The notes under the pieces: model-generated
The model's input: the letters and a program-made list of their open reading frames with translations, nothing else
Told to the model about the DNA's origin: nothing
The model's database searches: none
Position numbers and translations under genes: made by a program
Shown: one piece after another, positions 45,258-55,113 of the stretch
Layout: each line of letters starts with the position of its first letter
Position numbering within the stretch: the first letter of the stretch is position 1
NCBI GenBank assembly: GCA_035285125.1
Contig: JAYKHR010000026.1
Coordinates: 47,837 to 111,836 of the forward strand
DNA length: 64,000 nt
Direction of reading: 5' to 3'
DNA from: Candidatus Sericytochromatia bacterium
GTDB taxonomy: Bacteria > Cyanobacteriota > Sericytochromatia > S15B-MN24 > JAQBPE01

Positions 45258-46495
45258 GCCGCCCCTGCCTGGCGGGCTTGCCGGCCGCCCGCGACGGCCA
45301 CCTGGTACCACGCCTCGGTGCTGGCGGCGAGCGCGTCGAGGGAGTGTCGCTCCGTCGCCACCCGGCGCGCCTCTTGCCCGATCTCCATCAGCTGGGGGCG
45401 GCTCGTCAGGGCCGCCGAGAGCCGTGCCGCCAGGCCTGGCGCGTCGTTCGGAGGCACGAGCCAGCCCGTGACGCCTTCCGTGACGATCTCGGGCGCCCCC
45501 CCCGCGTGGCACCCCACGACCGGCCGGCCGCAGGCCATGGCCTCGAGGTACACCAGGCCGAAGGGCTCCGCGGGAGACGGGGCCACGAACACGTCGCACG
45601 CCGCGTACAGGCCGGGCAGCTCGGCCTGCGTGAGGTGCCCCGGCAGCCTCAGGTGGTCTGCCACGCCGGCTTCTGCCGCCCGGGCCCGCAACGCCTCCCG
45701 CAGCGTCGGCCCCCCGGGGGGATCACCCCCTGCGAGCACGAGCAGGGCCTCGGGGTGCCGTCGGAGCACCTGGATGAAGGCCTCCAGCAGGGTCCACACC
45801 CCCTTGCGGGCCTCGAGGCGCCCGGCGTAGAGCAGGACGGGGGCCTCGGCCGGGACCCTGAGCCTGGCGCGCGTCGCCGCGGCGCAGACGGGGCGGAAAT
45901 GCCGGGTGTCGACGCCGAGCGGCACGATCGCGACGCGCTCGCGCGGGAGGGCGGGGCGAAAATCTTGTCGGGCCGCACCGGCGAGGCTGGCCGAACTCGC
46001 CAGCACCAGGCTCGCTCGGCGCAGGGTTGCCGCCTCCAGCAGGCCCGCGAGGCGCGCGTCCAGGTCGAGTGCCTGGCCGTTCAGGCGTCGGACGAGCGCG
46101 GTGTGGCCGTGCAGACGGGCGACGACGGGGGTCCGGGTCGCGAGGGCCGCTGCAAGGCCCCAGCCCTGGTACTCCGGCACCTCCAGCACGTCGAAGGGAC
46201 CCTCCTCCCGCAACGCCCGCGCAGCGGCCACCGCGAAGGGGCCCGTCCGCGCCACCATGCCCAGCCATCGTGCCGGCCAAGGGGCCCGCCAGGCGTGCCG
46301 CGCCCCGACACCCACCAGGCGTACGCCCTCGGCGCTGGCCGTCTCCCGGGGGCCGTGGGCCAGCACCGTGACCCGGTGGCCGCGCTGCGCCAGCGCACGG
46401 GCCAGGTGCTGCGTGTGGGTTCCGATCCCGCCGCTGGTCCCGAAGGCCGGGTGCTCGCGCGTCACGAGGCAGATGCGGAGGGGCGCGTCACGCAT
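45254..46495 (-). CDS. family 4 glycosyltransferase
   Basis: GGIGTHT..LA, YAGRLEARKG, EPFGLVYLEAMACGRPVV. Confidence 0.92.
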   Translation of the reverse strand: MRDAPLRICLVTREHPAFGTSGGIGTHTQHLARALAQRGHRVTVLAHGPRETASAEGVRLVGVGARHAWRAPWPARWLGMVARTGPFAVAAARALREEGPFDVLEVPEYQGWGLAAALATRTPVVARLHGHTALVRRLNGQALDLDARLAGLLEAATLRRASLVLASSASLAGAARQDFRPALPRERVAIVPLGVDTRHFRPVCAAATRARLRVPAEAPVLLYAGRLEARKGVWTLLEAFIQVLRRHPEALLVLAGGDPPGGPTLREALRARAAEAGVADHLRLPGHLTQAELPGLYAACDVFVAPSPAEPFGLVYLEAMACGRPVVGCHAGGAPEIVTEGVTGWLVPPNDAPGLAARLSAALTSRPQLMEIGQEARRVATERHSLDALAASTEAWYQVAVAGGRQARQAGAA

Positions 46496-47969
46496 GGCGC
46501 TGCCCGGCCGGGGGGGCCTGGTCTCGCAGGGTGGCGGCCTGCTCGGCGGCTGCCACCCGGGCGCGCAGGGGGGCAAGCCGCCAGCGCTGGGCCAGCCAGC
46601 GCAGCCCGGCCATCAGCCGTTCGGTCCCGCGCGCCGCTTGCACCCGCCTGCCGCGCGTCACGAGCTCCAGCTCCCCGGCGGCCCAGGCGTGGGCCAGGCG
46701 CACCTCGGCGTGGTCCAGGCCGTGGGTTCGGACCAGCCCGCTGTAGCCATTGTAGCTGCGGAAGGGGCCCTCCGCGTGGTAGCCGGCGGCAATGAACGCC
46801 TCCCGGGTGGCCGTGCCGTGGTAGGGCGTCATCAGCGACACGCTGTAGTCGCACGGCAAGCGCTTCGCCGTCTCGACCGTGCTGCGCACCGAGCGCCACG
46901 TCTCGTGAAGCGAGCCCACGATGAAGAAGCCCGTCACGGCGATGCCGAGCTCGGCGCAGCGAGCCATGTTGGCGAGGGAGCGCTGCAGGGCTGCGCCGTT
47001 CTGGTGGATCTCCCGGAGGATCTCCACGTCCACGGACTCGACGCCTGTCATGATGCGCGTGAAGCCGGCCCCCCGCAGCTTCGCGAGGTCCTGGGCGTCC
47101 AGGGCCTCCAGGTCCGTCTCCGTGGTGATGGCCAGGTCCGTCTGGCTCCCGAGCCGCTCGGCGATCGCCATCAGGTGCGCCTTGCGCCACGAGATGTTCG
47201 GGTCGCGCGTCTGCACCTTGCGAGCGCCGAGGGCGCGCAGGTGCGTGATCTCCGCCATCACGCCCTCCACGCTGCGGGCGCGCCAGGCCTTGCCCTGGTG
47301 CACGTAGTACGGGCACATCGCGCAGCCCTTCGGGCAGCCGCGGCTGGTCAGGAGGTAGTACACGAAGCGCTCGACGCGACCACCGGGGGCGTAGGCCGCG
47401 CGGTCGACCAGCTCCCAAGCCGGGAACGGCAGCGCGTCGAGGTCGGCCACCACGGCCCATTCCGGCGCCTGCGCCTGGCCGGGGCGCAGCACCGCCGCGT
47501 CGGGGGCATCGGACATGTAGGCCTGCAGTACGGCCTCCAGTTCGCCGTGGACGGCCGCGTCCCCCTCGAAGCGCGGCAGCCAGGCGCCGTGGGTGGTCTT
47601 GATGACCTGCCCGAACACGAACACGCGTGCCTCGGGCAGGGCGCGGACCAGCCGGTTCGCCAGCGCGAGGTCCTCGGTGAGCGACGGCAGGCTGAGGCGC
47701 ACGCCCACGCGGTCGGGCTGGGTGCGTTGCACGGCCGCTACCGTGTCCTCCTCACCCCAGCGGCTCGCCACCGCATCCACCAGGTGCGTCCGGTGGCCGG
47801 CTTGGGCTGCGATGGCGAGCCCGTACAGCAGGTCCATGGCCGGCGTCGGGGGGACGTACGGCGTCCGCCAGGTGGTTCGAAAGGGTCGCGCGACACCGAT
47901 CCCGCCGGCCTTGTCGCGATCGCTCACGTGGCCGGGCAGCTCGGGGGGGTTCACGAGGCACAGGTTCAC
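46488..47969 (-). CDS. cobalamin-binding-type radical SAM protein
   Basis: AAGGAG RBS + GTG; LVNPP N-terminus, HGELE, DLDALPFPAW, TSRGCPKGCAMC (CxxxCxxC), GVES, FIVG, TPYHGT. Confidence 0.88.
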   Translation of the reverse strand: MNLCLVNPPELPGHVSDRDKAGGIGVARPFRTTWRTPYVPPTPAMDLLYGLAIAAQAGHRTHLVDAVASRWGEEDTVAAVQRTQPDRVGVRLSLPSLTEDLALANRLVRALPEARVFVFGQVIKTTHGAWLPRFEGDAAVHGELEAVLQAYMSDAPDAAVLRPGQAQAPEWAVVADLDALPFPAWELVDRAAYAPGGRVERFVYYLLTSRGCPKGCAMCPYYVHQGKAWRARSVEGVMAEITHLRALGARKVQTRDPNISWRKAHLMAIAERLGSQTDLAITTETDLEALDAQDLAKLRGAGFTRIMTGVESVDVEILREIHQNGAALQRSLANMARCAELGIAVTGFFIVGSLHETWRSVRSTVETAKRLPCDYSVSLMTPYHGTATREAFIAAGYHAEGPFRSYNGYSGLVRTHGLDHAEVRLAHAWAAGELELVTRGRRVQAARGTERLMAGLRWLAQRWRLAPLRARVAAAEQAATLRDQAPPAGQRHA

Positions 47970-48000
47970 GGCATGCTCCTTCTGCTGGGTCCGAGCGGGC

Positions 48001-49410
48001 CTAGCGGCCCACCCCCACGTACACGAAGCCGAGCTCCTTGAGCACGGCCGGCTCGAACATGTTGCGGCCGTCGATGAAGACGTGGTGTCCGCGCATTGCC
48101 AGCCGCATGCGCCCGAGGTCGAGGGCGCGGAACTCGGGCCACTCAGTGGCGACCACCAGCGCATCGCAGCCCTCTGCCAGCACGTAGGGGTCGTCGCACG
48201 TCCGCAGCGCGGGAAGCTCGGCCTGCGCCCGGCTGGAGGCGATCGGGTCGTAGGCGCGCACGCCGGCCCCCAGCTTCAGGAGCTGGCGCGCCAGGCCCAT
48301 GGCGGGGGCCTCGCGCAGGTCATCGGTGTCGGGCTTGAAGGCCAACCCCAGCAGCCCGACGGTCTTGCCCTTGAGCGACTTGAGGTGTTGCTGCAGCTTC
48401 ACCAGCGCCACCTGTCGCTGGGCCTCGTTCACCTCGATGACGGCCTGCAGCAGCCGGGCCTCGTGGCCATAGTCCCGCGCGATGTGGGTCAGGGCCCGGA
48501 CGTCCTTCGGGAAGCAGCTCCCGCCCCAGCCGATGCCCGCGTTGAGGAAGTGGCGGCCGATGCGGTGGTCCAGCCCGATGCCGGCGGCGACCTGGGTCAC
48601 GTCTGCCCCCACGCGCTCGCAGACGTTCGCGATCTCGTTGATGAAGCTCACCTTGGTCGCGAGGAAGCAGTTGGCGGCGTACTTGATCATCTCGGCCGAG
48701 CCGAGGTCCGTCACGACGAAGGGGATGGGCCGCTGCGGATCGCCCCCGGCGAAGCGTTGCTCGACGAGCGGCGTGTACAGCTCGCGCATCACGGCGATGG
48801 CCCGGCTGCTGGCAGAGCCCACGACGATGCGATCCCCGTGGAAGGTGTCGTGGATGGCGGAGCCCTCCCGCAGAAACTCCGGGCAGCTCACGACGTCGAA
48901 CGTCGGGGGCTCCTCCGTCTCGGAGCCTGCCCCGGCGGACAGGTCCGCGCCGCCGCCGCCGCCGCCTGCCGGCAGCCTGGCGCCCCGCCGCGCCGCCAGC
49001 CCCTCGTGGACGAGCATGGCCACCCAGTCGCCGCACCCCACGGGCACGGTGCTCTTGTTGACGATCACCTTGTAGCCGTCCAGCGCTGCGCCGATCGCGC
49101 GGGCAACGGCCTCGACGCTGCCGAGATCGGCCTCGCCTCCGGGGGCTGGCGGCGTCCCCACCGTGATGAACACGACCTCGGCCCGGGCCACGGCGCCGGC
49201 CAACTCCGTCGAGAAGGCCAGCCTGCCGGCAGCCCGCTGGGCGCTCACCATGTCGGGCAGGCCGGGCTCGAAGATCGGCAGCACGCCACGGTTCAGGCCC
49301 TCGATCTTGGCTGCGTCCCGATCGACGCAGACGACGTGGTGGCCCACATGGGCGAGGCAGGCGCCCGTGACGAGGCCCACGTAGCCGGTTCCCACGACGC
49401 AGATGCGCAT
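48001..49410 (-). CDS. ugd: UDP-glucose 6-dehydrogenase
   Basis: GTGYVGL, KSTVPVG, PEFLREG, GWGGSCFPKD, GLAFKPDTDDLRE, DGRN. Confidence 0.95.
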   Translation of the reverse strand: MRICVVGTGYVGLVTGACLAHVGHHVVCVDRDAAKIEGLNRGVLPIFEPGLPDMVSAQRAAGRLAFSTELAGAVARAEVVFITVGTPPAPGGEADLGSVEAVARAIGAALDGYKVIVNKSTVPVGCGDWVAMLVHEGLAARRGARLPAGGGGGGADLSAGAGSETEEPPTFDVVSCPEFLREGSAIHDTFHGDRIVVGSASSRAIAVMRELYTPLVEQRFAGGDPQRPIPFVVTDLGSAEMIKYAANCFLATKVSFINEIANVCERVGADVTQVAAGIGLDHRIGRHFLNAGIGWGGSCFPKDVRALTHIARDYGHEARLLQAVIEVNEAQRQVALVKLQQHLKSLKGKTVGLLGLAFKPDTDDLREAPAMGLARQLLKLGAGVRAYDPIASSRAQAELPALRTCDDPYVLAEGCDALVVATEWPEFRALDLGRMRLAMRGHHVFIDGRNMFEPAVLKELGFVYVGVGR

Positions 49411-49560
49411 TCGACGTTCTCCTTCTCACGCGTGAGGCGGGCGTCCCCCTCTCTGGCATCGTGGAGGCTGCGCGGCCGGGTCGGGACGGCCAAGGCGCCG
49501 AAGTGCTCTGGCCACCTTGCCGCCCTGGGCAGACGCCTAGCGGTCCCCTACCATGTCACG

Positions 49561-50415
49561 GTGTCCCATCCAGACCCTCACACCCTGCTGGACCCGCGGC
49601 TGGCCGCCTGGCTGGTCGAGCCCGACCCTGCCGCCCTGGCCTCCCTGGACGCTCACGAGGCGGCGGCCCTGGCCGCTGGCGTGCTGGCGCTCGTGGAGGC
49701 CGGGCCGGGCTACGGGGCTGAACGTGCGCGCGAGCTGGCCCTCGAGCGGGGCCTGCTCGCGCTGGCCGCCAGCCTGGCCGAGGCGGCGGGGGACTGGGCC
49801 GCGCTTGCCCGGGCCGTGGGCGCCCTCGCGCTGCGCGAGCCGGTGGGCAGCGTGGCCCGGGCCGTGGGGCTGCGTCGGGCCTGGGAGCTTGGCTGGCGGC
49901 AGCCCAGTGGGCCTGGTGAGGCCCTGGAAGAGGCGGCCCTCGCGGAGGCGGACGGGCTTGGGGATGCCGGCTGGCTGGCGGCGATCGCGGAGGCTGGCTG
50001 GGGACCCGCGGCACCCTCGGGCCGGGGGGCCTGGCTGTGGCGGGGGCTGCGAGGCTGGCTTCCTCGCGCGGCCCCGGCCGAGGCGGCGGCCGTGCTCGAG
50101 GCCTGGGGGCGGGGCGCTCGCCAGGCAGGGTGTCGGGCCGGGCTGGGCTGGGCGGGGCTGGCTGCGGCGTGGCACTGGCAGGCTGTGGGGCGGCCGGCCC
50201 AGGCCCTCACCCGACTCGACGAGGGCGTGGCCCTGCTGGCGGAGGCCGGAGACGACGAGGGGCTGGCCCGGGCGCTGGCCCTTCGCCTGCGCCTCTGTGT
50301 GGAGCAGGAGGACGAGGCTGAGGCCGGGCGCGTGGCCGAGGCCCTGGCCAGGCTCGCGGCCGGCACCCGCTGCCCGCGCGCGCGCCAGGTCTTGGAAAGC
50401 CCCTTCAGCGACTGA
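49561..50415 (+). CDS. Ala/Leu-rich helical (TPR-like) hypothetical protein
   Basis: 3' part of the long ORF 47593-50415; fills the gap with GC3-biased codons; start uncertain. Confidence 0.55.
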   Translation: MSHPDPHTLLDPRLAAWLVEPDPAALASLDAHEAAALAAGVLALVEAGPGYGAERARELALERGLLALAASLAEAAGDWAALARAVGALALREPVGSVARAVGLRRAWELGWRQPSGPGEALEEAALAEADGLGDAGWLAAIAEAGWGPAAPSGRGAWLWRGLRGWLPRAAPAEAAAVLEAWGRGARQAGCRAGLGWAGLAAAWHWQAVGRPAQALTRLDEGVALLAEAGDDEGLARALALRLRLCVEQEDEAEAGRVAEALARLAAGTRCPRARQVLESPFSD

Positions 50416-50986
50416 CGCCCGCGCGGCCCTGGCGCTCCACCCGGGCCCTCACGGCTGCCGCCAGCCCCGGCACCGCCTGGCGCTGCAGGTACTGCACGAC
50501 GGCGCCAGGAGCCGGCACGTCCGGCTCGACGTGGCACCTGTAGGTGATGACGGTGCCCCCTGGCACCCGCTCGAAGCGCCACTCGCCCTCATTCTCACGG
50601 AGGTCGCCCTCCAACCTCCGCCAGGTGATCCGGTCGGCGGCCAGCTGTCGCCGGGTCACCAGCCGGAACCGAAAGGGGCCCTGGCCGCCGATCTGCTCCA
50701 CCACCACGGAGTGGTCACCCCCGCTGAGCGTGCGGCAAAGCTGGGTGTTCGGCAGGAACTCCGGGAAGCGCCGGTGGTCCCACAGCACCTCCCGGGCCAC
50801 GGCCAGGGGCGCCGCGACGAAGAACACGGCCTCCACCTCGCCCCCTGCACCGACCTCCCGGTCGCGCACGCGCGTGCCCTCTCGCTTCAGCGCCGCGAGG
50901 TTTTCCTCGTCCCAGGCTGCGAGGGCCGGCTCGGGCCCACCGAAGGCGGCGCCCAGCAGCACGCAGAGGCCGAGCAGCAACCGCAC
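50405..50986 (-). CDS. secreted SRPBCC/START (polyketide cyclase-like) protein
   Basis: Signal peptide; APLAVAREVLWDHRRFPEFLP, ITWRRLEGDL..NEGEWRF. Confidence 0.8.
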   Translation of the reverse strand: MRLLLGLCVLLGAAFGGPEPALAAWDEENLAALKREGTRVRDREVGAGGEVEAVFFVAAPLAVAREVLWDHRRFPEFLPNTQLCRTLSGGDHSVVVEQIGGQGPFRFRLVTRRQLAADRITWRRLEGDLRENEGEWRFERVPGGTVITYRCHVEPDVPAPGAVVQYLQRQAVPGLAAAVRARVERQGRAGVSR

Positions 50987-50989
50987 GGG

Positions 50990-51196
50990 TTAGCGGTAGC
51001 GGCGGGACATAGGTCGCTCGCGCACGTGCTGGTCCAGCGTCACGACCTGACCGGGGGGGGCTGGCGCATCGCCTGCCTGGGGTTCGCGCGGGGCCTTGCG
51101 GCTGCGCTGCCGCTTCACGGGGCTGGTCGGGGCGTCATGGCACCCGAACACGACCAGGCAGAACGCAAGGGCGGCGAGAATGAGTGACAACTTCAT
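50990..51196 (-). CDS. small lipoprotein
   Basis: MK + hydrophobic stretch + VFGC lipobox; GGAGG RBS. Confidence 0.55.
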   Translation of the reverse strand: MKLSLILAALAFCLVVFGCHDAPTSPVKRQRSRKAPREPQAGDAPAPPGQVVTLDQHVRERPMSRRYR

Positions 51197-51269
51197 GGGG
51201 TGCGCGGCCCTCCTTCAGAATCAATCCCGCCCGGGCGCCTTGGGGGCGCTCGAAGCGGGATCGAAGGAA

Positions 51270-51346
51270 TGGTCGGGATGACTGGATTCGAACCAGCGAC
51301 CCCCTCGTCCCGAACGAGGTGCGCTACCAAGCTGCGCTACATCCCG
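51270..51346 (-). tRNA. tRNA-Pro (anticodon CGG)
   Basis: CGGGATG acceptor stem, anticodon loop TTCGGGA, GGTTCGAATCC T-arm, encoded CCA; 77 nt. Confidence 0.97.
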
Positions 51347-51402
51347 GCGCTGCACCAAGATAGCATCCCCAGCGGCCGGTGGCAAGGCAGGCTCCCTGAC
51401 CA

Positions 51403-52416
51403 TCAGGACATCACGAGGCGAGACGTCTCGCCGGATTCATCCGCCGGCAGCACCCCACGCTCCCGCACCTTGCGCACGAAGATGTCGACCAGGTCCGCGT
51501 CCAACTGGGTGCCACGGCTGGACTCGAGGATGGCGATGGCCTTCTCCAGGGGCATCCCGTCCCGGTAGGGGCGGTTGGAGGTCAGGGCGTCGAAGGTGTC
51601 CGCAATGGCCGCGATGCGTGCGTTGAGGGGGATCTCGTGCCCCGGCAGGGCCTGCGGGTATCCGCGGCCGTCGATGCGCTCGTGGTGGGACAGCACGATG
51701 GGCAGCAGGCCCTCGAGTTCCTCGATAGGCTTCAGGATTTTGTAGCCGACGCCGGGGTGGATCTTGATGTGCTCATACTCCTCGGCCGTCAGGCGGCCGG
51801 GCTTGTTGAGCACCTCCTCGCGCACGGCGATCTTGCCGATGTCGTGAAGGATGCCGCCGTGCATCAGGACCTCCTGCTGCGCCTCGTCGTAGCCAAGGTC
51901 CTCGGCGATCCAGCACGAGTAGACGCCCACGCGGCGGGAGTGTCCGTGGGTGTATGGGTCGCGGGCCTCGAGGGTGGTGGCGAGGGTGTCGATCACGCGG
52001 ATGACGCTCTCGCGAAGCCGGCGGGCCAGGGCGTCCTTCTCCCGCATCACGCGGAGGTGGTCGATGTTACGCTGCACGCTGTGCAGGAAGGTCTCCACGT
52101 CGAAGGGCTTGAAGATGTAATCCTGCACGCCGATTCGGAGGGCCGCCACGGGCGTGTCCTCGCTGGCGTAGCCCGTGATGATGATCGCACACACGCCCGG
52201 CTGGTGCTCCCGGATGCGCCGAATGGTCTCGACGCCGTCAATCCCGGGCATCCGAACGTCGGAAATCACCATCTCGAAGGGCGCCTCCAGGGCGATGGCC
52301 ACGGCCTGCTCGCCGCTCTCGGCCAGCGTGACCGCGAAGCCCGCGCGCACGAGGAGCTTCTCGAGCGTGAGGCGGATCAGCTCCTCGTCATCGACCACCA
52401 GGATGCGTTCGGCCAT
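51403..52416 (-). CDS. response regulator with HD-GYP phosphodiesterase domain
   Basis: ILVVDDE...SDVRMPG...KPF receiver; HSRRV, LHDIGK, HHERIDGRGYP, ADTFDAL..RPY. Confidence 0.95.
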   Translation of the reverse strand: MAERILVVDDEELIRLTLEKLLVRAGFAVTLAESGEQAVAIALEAPFEMVISDVRMPGIDGVETIRRIREHQPGVCAIIITGYASEDTPVAALRIGVQDYIFKPFDVETFLHSVQRNIDHLRVMREKDALARRLRESVIRVIDTLATTLEARDPYTHGHSRRVGVYSCWIAEDLGYDEAQQEVLMHGGILHDIGKIAVREEVLNKPGRLTAEEYEHIKIHPGVGYKILKPIEELEGLLPIVLSHHERIDGRGYPQALPGHEIPLNARIAAIADTFDALTSNRPYRDGMPLEKAIAILESSRGTQLDADLVDIFVRKVRERGVLPADESGETSRLVMS

Positions 52417-52739
52417 CAGGCGCTCCCTTCTTCCCACCACGTGGGGCCGAAAGCCTGGTCTCCCGAGGTCACTCCGAGGGCCGAGCGTCGGCTCAGGCTG
52501 CGCAACTTCTCCGGCCGTGTCAGGCGCTTGAACGCCCACTCGGCGCGCATCGCCGCCTGCCGGGTCGGGTACGGCCACCAGGCGCACAGGGCCACCGGAA
52601 GCCGGGCGCGCGTGTAGCGCGCGCCCTTGCCAGCCGCGTGGGTGGCGAGCCTGCGCGCCACGTCCGTCGTGTAACCGGTGTACAGGCTGCCGTCGCCACA
52701 GCGCAGCACGTACATATAGTGGCCTGTCGAGTCCGGCAC
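52416..52739 (-). CDS. GIY-YIG nuclease, UPF0213 (YhbQ/YazA-like)
   Basis: [35 protein letters not shown]. Confidence 0.9.
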   Translation of the reverse strand: MPDSTGHYMYVLRCGDGSLYTGYTTDVARRLATHAAGKGARYTRARLPVALCAWWPYPTRQAAMRAEWAFKRLTRPEKLRSLSRRSALGVTSGDQAFGPTWWEEGSA

Positions 52740-52746
52740 GGGCGCC

Positions 52747-52986
52747 TCAGGCGGGGCTGTCGAGGAGAGCCTTGAGGATATCGAGGGCCTTGGCATCGAA
52801 GTTCTTCGTGGTGATGGCCTCCTGCAGCAAGGCCCGCTCTGCCGCCGTCACCTGCCCGTCGCGCAGGAACAGCTCGCGGAGAGACTCTGCCTCCAGGCGG
52901 TCGATGAGGTGGTCGTCTTCCAGGAAGAACTCTAGCGCTTTGCGAAGCGTGCTGACGGTGATCTCAGGGGACGACTCGGGGGCCAT
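52747..52986 (-). CDS. small acidic helical hypothetical protein
   Basis: [17 protein letters not shown] and DGQVTAAE repeats reminiscent of TerB-like loops. Confidence 0.6.
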   Translation of the reverse strand: MAPESSPEITVSTLRKALEFFLEDDHLIDRLEAESLRELFLRDGQVTAAERALLQEAITTKNFDAKALDILKALLDSPA

Positions 52987-53022
52987 GGGACATCCTTTCA
53001 AGCGTTTCGGGTAGGTCCGCTT

Positions 53023-55113
53023 TCACGTACCCGCGCCCACGGGCTGCGTCACGGGGGCGAGCAGGGGCCTGAGGCGGCCGCCCGAGGAAGCCAACAGGGC
53101 GGCCGCGACCTCCGGTTCCACCGCCTGGTGGTGCATCACGACGGCGAGCTTGACGCGCCCGCCTGCCGCCCGCAACACCTCCCCGGCAGCCTCTTCGGAC
53201 AGCCCCGTCAGCCGCGAAACGAGCCGCTGGGCGCGCACGCGAAGCTTCTGGTTGGAAACCGTGAGGTCGACCATCAGGTTGTCGTGCACCTTGCCGAGCG
53301 CCACCATCGTGAGGGTGGAGACCATGTTCAGCACCAGCTTCGTGGCCGTGCCGGCCTTCAGGCGCGTCGAGCCTGAAACCAGCTCGGGGCCAGTCGGCAA
53401 AATCACCGTGTGGTCGAGGGGCCCGAGCACGGCCGGTGGCTGGTTGCACGTCACCAGGGCCGTCACGGCCCCGCAGGCCCGGGCCGCGTGGAGGGCGCCA
53501 CGCACGTATGGGGCGCCACCGTTGGCGCTCAGGCCGACGACCACATCCCCCGCACGCACGCCGCGGGCCAACAGGTCCGCTGCCCCCGCGTCGGCGTCGT
53601 CCTCGGCACCCTCCACGGCATGGCGGAGCGCCTGATCGCCCCCTGCGATGAGGCCCTGAACGAGGTCAGGCGGCGTGGAGAAGGTCGGTGGGCACTCGCT
53701 GGCATCGAGCACGCCGATCCGGCCGCTCGTGCCGGCCCCCAGGTAGAACAGGCGGCCCCCTGCCCGCAGGGCCTCGGTGGTGGCGATGACGAGCCCCGCC
53801 ACCGCCTCGCGGGCCTCTCCCACAGCGCGCACGGCCTCCCAGTCCTGCGCATGCATTGCGGCCACCGCCTCGGCGGCGCTGAGGGTGTCGAGGCCCTTGG
53901 AGTCCGGGTTGACCCCCTCGGTGGCGGAGCCTGCGACCGGCGCCGAGGACGGCGCCAAGACCACCCGCCGGAGGTTGCGACCCGGCGCGATGCTGCCGAG
54001 CACCCAGGCCTCGCGCCCCCCTGTGGCGGCGGGCAGCGAGGTGGGCACACCCTGGACGGCCTGGTGGGCCAGCAGCGCGAAGGCGAAGGCCTCCTTGAAG
54101 TCGGGATCGACCCCCCACTCGCCCGTGTCTGCCAGGGTCGCCGGGGCCAGCCGCGCCGCGAGCTCACGCATCAGGGCGCGGTTGTGGACGCCCCCCCCAC
54201 TCGCCAGGACGTGCAGGCCCGCAAGGCCGCCCGGCAGGAAGCGTCGGTAGGCCTCGGCCACCGTGGCCGCGCTGAAGGCCGTCACGGTGGCGACGAGGTC
54301 CGCGTCGGTCAGACCTGCCGCCGCGGCGTCCGCGCACAGGCGGTCGACGTAGTGGCTGTCGTAGTGCTCCCGGCCCGTCGACCTCGGGGGGGGCAGCCGC
54401 AGGAACGCGTCGGCCTCCAGCCACCTCGCCACCAGCCCCTCGTCCACGCGTCCAGCGGCCGCCAGTTGGCCGCCTTCGTCCCACGCCCGAGCGCCCCCCG
54501 AGATGGCCGCGACACAGGCGTCAATCAGGCGGTTACCCGGGCCCGTATCGAAGGCCAGCAGCGTCTCGTCATCAAGCCACGTGACGTTGCCGATGCCGCC
54601 CAGGTTCTGAACGGCCACGCGCTGCCCGGGGGCGGCCTGCCTTGCGAGCAGACGGTCCACGTAGGGAACAAGCGGTGCCCCCTGGCCACCGAGGGCCACG
54701 TCGGCGGTGCGGAAGTCACTCACCGTCGTCACGCCCGTCAGGGCTGCCAGCCGGCTGCCGCTGCCCGCCTGCCAGGTGGCGGCCAGCGGCCCGCCAGGCT
54801 GGTGCCATAGCGTCTGGCCATGGCTGCCGAGCAGGTCCACGTCCGCGAGCTTCAGGCCAGCCCGCTCGGCGCACGCCGCGGCCGCGTCCGCGAAGGCCTG
54901 GGCCAGGCGGGCGTCCAGCTCCACAAAGCGGGCCACGGCCAGCGGCTCGCCGGCCGTCACGTCCCCCAGTTCGCGCCGCAGCGGGGCGGGCAGCGGGGTG
55001 GTGTGGGCCTGAAGCACCTGCCAGTGGAGCCGCTCTCCCGCGCCGAAGACCTCGACGAGGCAAGCGTCGATGCCGTCCAGCGAGGTGCCGGACATCAACC
55101 CCAGGACCTTCAC
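53023..55113 (-). CDS. anmK-murQ: fused anhydro-N-acetylmuramic acid kinase / MurNAc-6-phosphate etherase (AnmK-MurQ)
   Basis: GLMSGTSLDGID, GSHGQT, GGQGAPLVP, FDTGPGN, STGRE, KEAFAF, then TEGVNP, GAGTSGRIGVLDASECPPTF, GSTRLKAGTATK, NLMVD. Confidence 0.93.
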   Translation of the reverse strand: MKVLGLMSGTSLDGIDACLVEVFGAGERLHWQVLQAHTTPLPAPLRRELGDVTAGEPLAVARFVELDARLAQAFADAAAACAERAGLKLADVDLLGSHGQTLWHQPGGPLAATWQAGSGSRLAALTGVTTVSDFRTADVALGGQGAPLVPYVDRLLARQAAPGQRVAVQNLGGIGNVTWLDDETLLAFDTGPGNRLIDACVAAISGGARAWDEGGQLAAAGRVDEGLVARWLEADAFLRLPPPRSTGREHYDSHYVDRLCADAAAAGLTDADLVATVTAFSAATVAEAYRRFLPGGLAGLHVLASGGGVHNRALMRELAARLAPATLADTGEWGVDPDFKEAFAFALLAHQAVQGVPTSLPAATGGREAWVLGSIAPGRNLRRVVLAPSSAPVAGSATEGVNPDSKGLDTLSAAEAVAAMHAQDWEAVRAVGEAREAVAGLVIATTEALRAGGRLFYLGAGTSGRIGVLDASECPPTFSTPPDLVQGLIAGGDQALRHAVEGAEDDADAGAADLLARGVRAGDVVVGLSANGGAPYVRGALHAARACGAVTALVTCNQPPAVLGPLDHTVILPTGPELVSGSTRLKAGTATKLVLNMVSTLTMVALGKVHDNLMVDLTVSNQKLRVRAQRLVSRLTGLSEEAAGEVLRAAGGRVKLAVVMHHQAVEPEVAAALLASSGGRLRPLLAPVTQPVGAGT

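Noticed and set aside
47593..49560. 5' part of the 940-aa plus-strand ORF
   Set aside because: Overlaps ugd and the radical SAM gene antisense; only the part from ~49561 looks coding
51200..51346. tRNA-Pro as an integration site for an island
   Set aside because: No integrase, no duplicated tRNA 3' end noticed, no compositional shift
52416..52739. GIY-YIG protein as a homing endonuclease mobilising the intein
   Set aside because: Short stand-alone UPF0213-type protein with no DNA-binding extension, 50 kb from the intein
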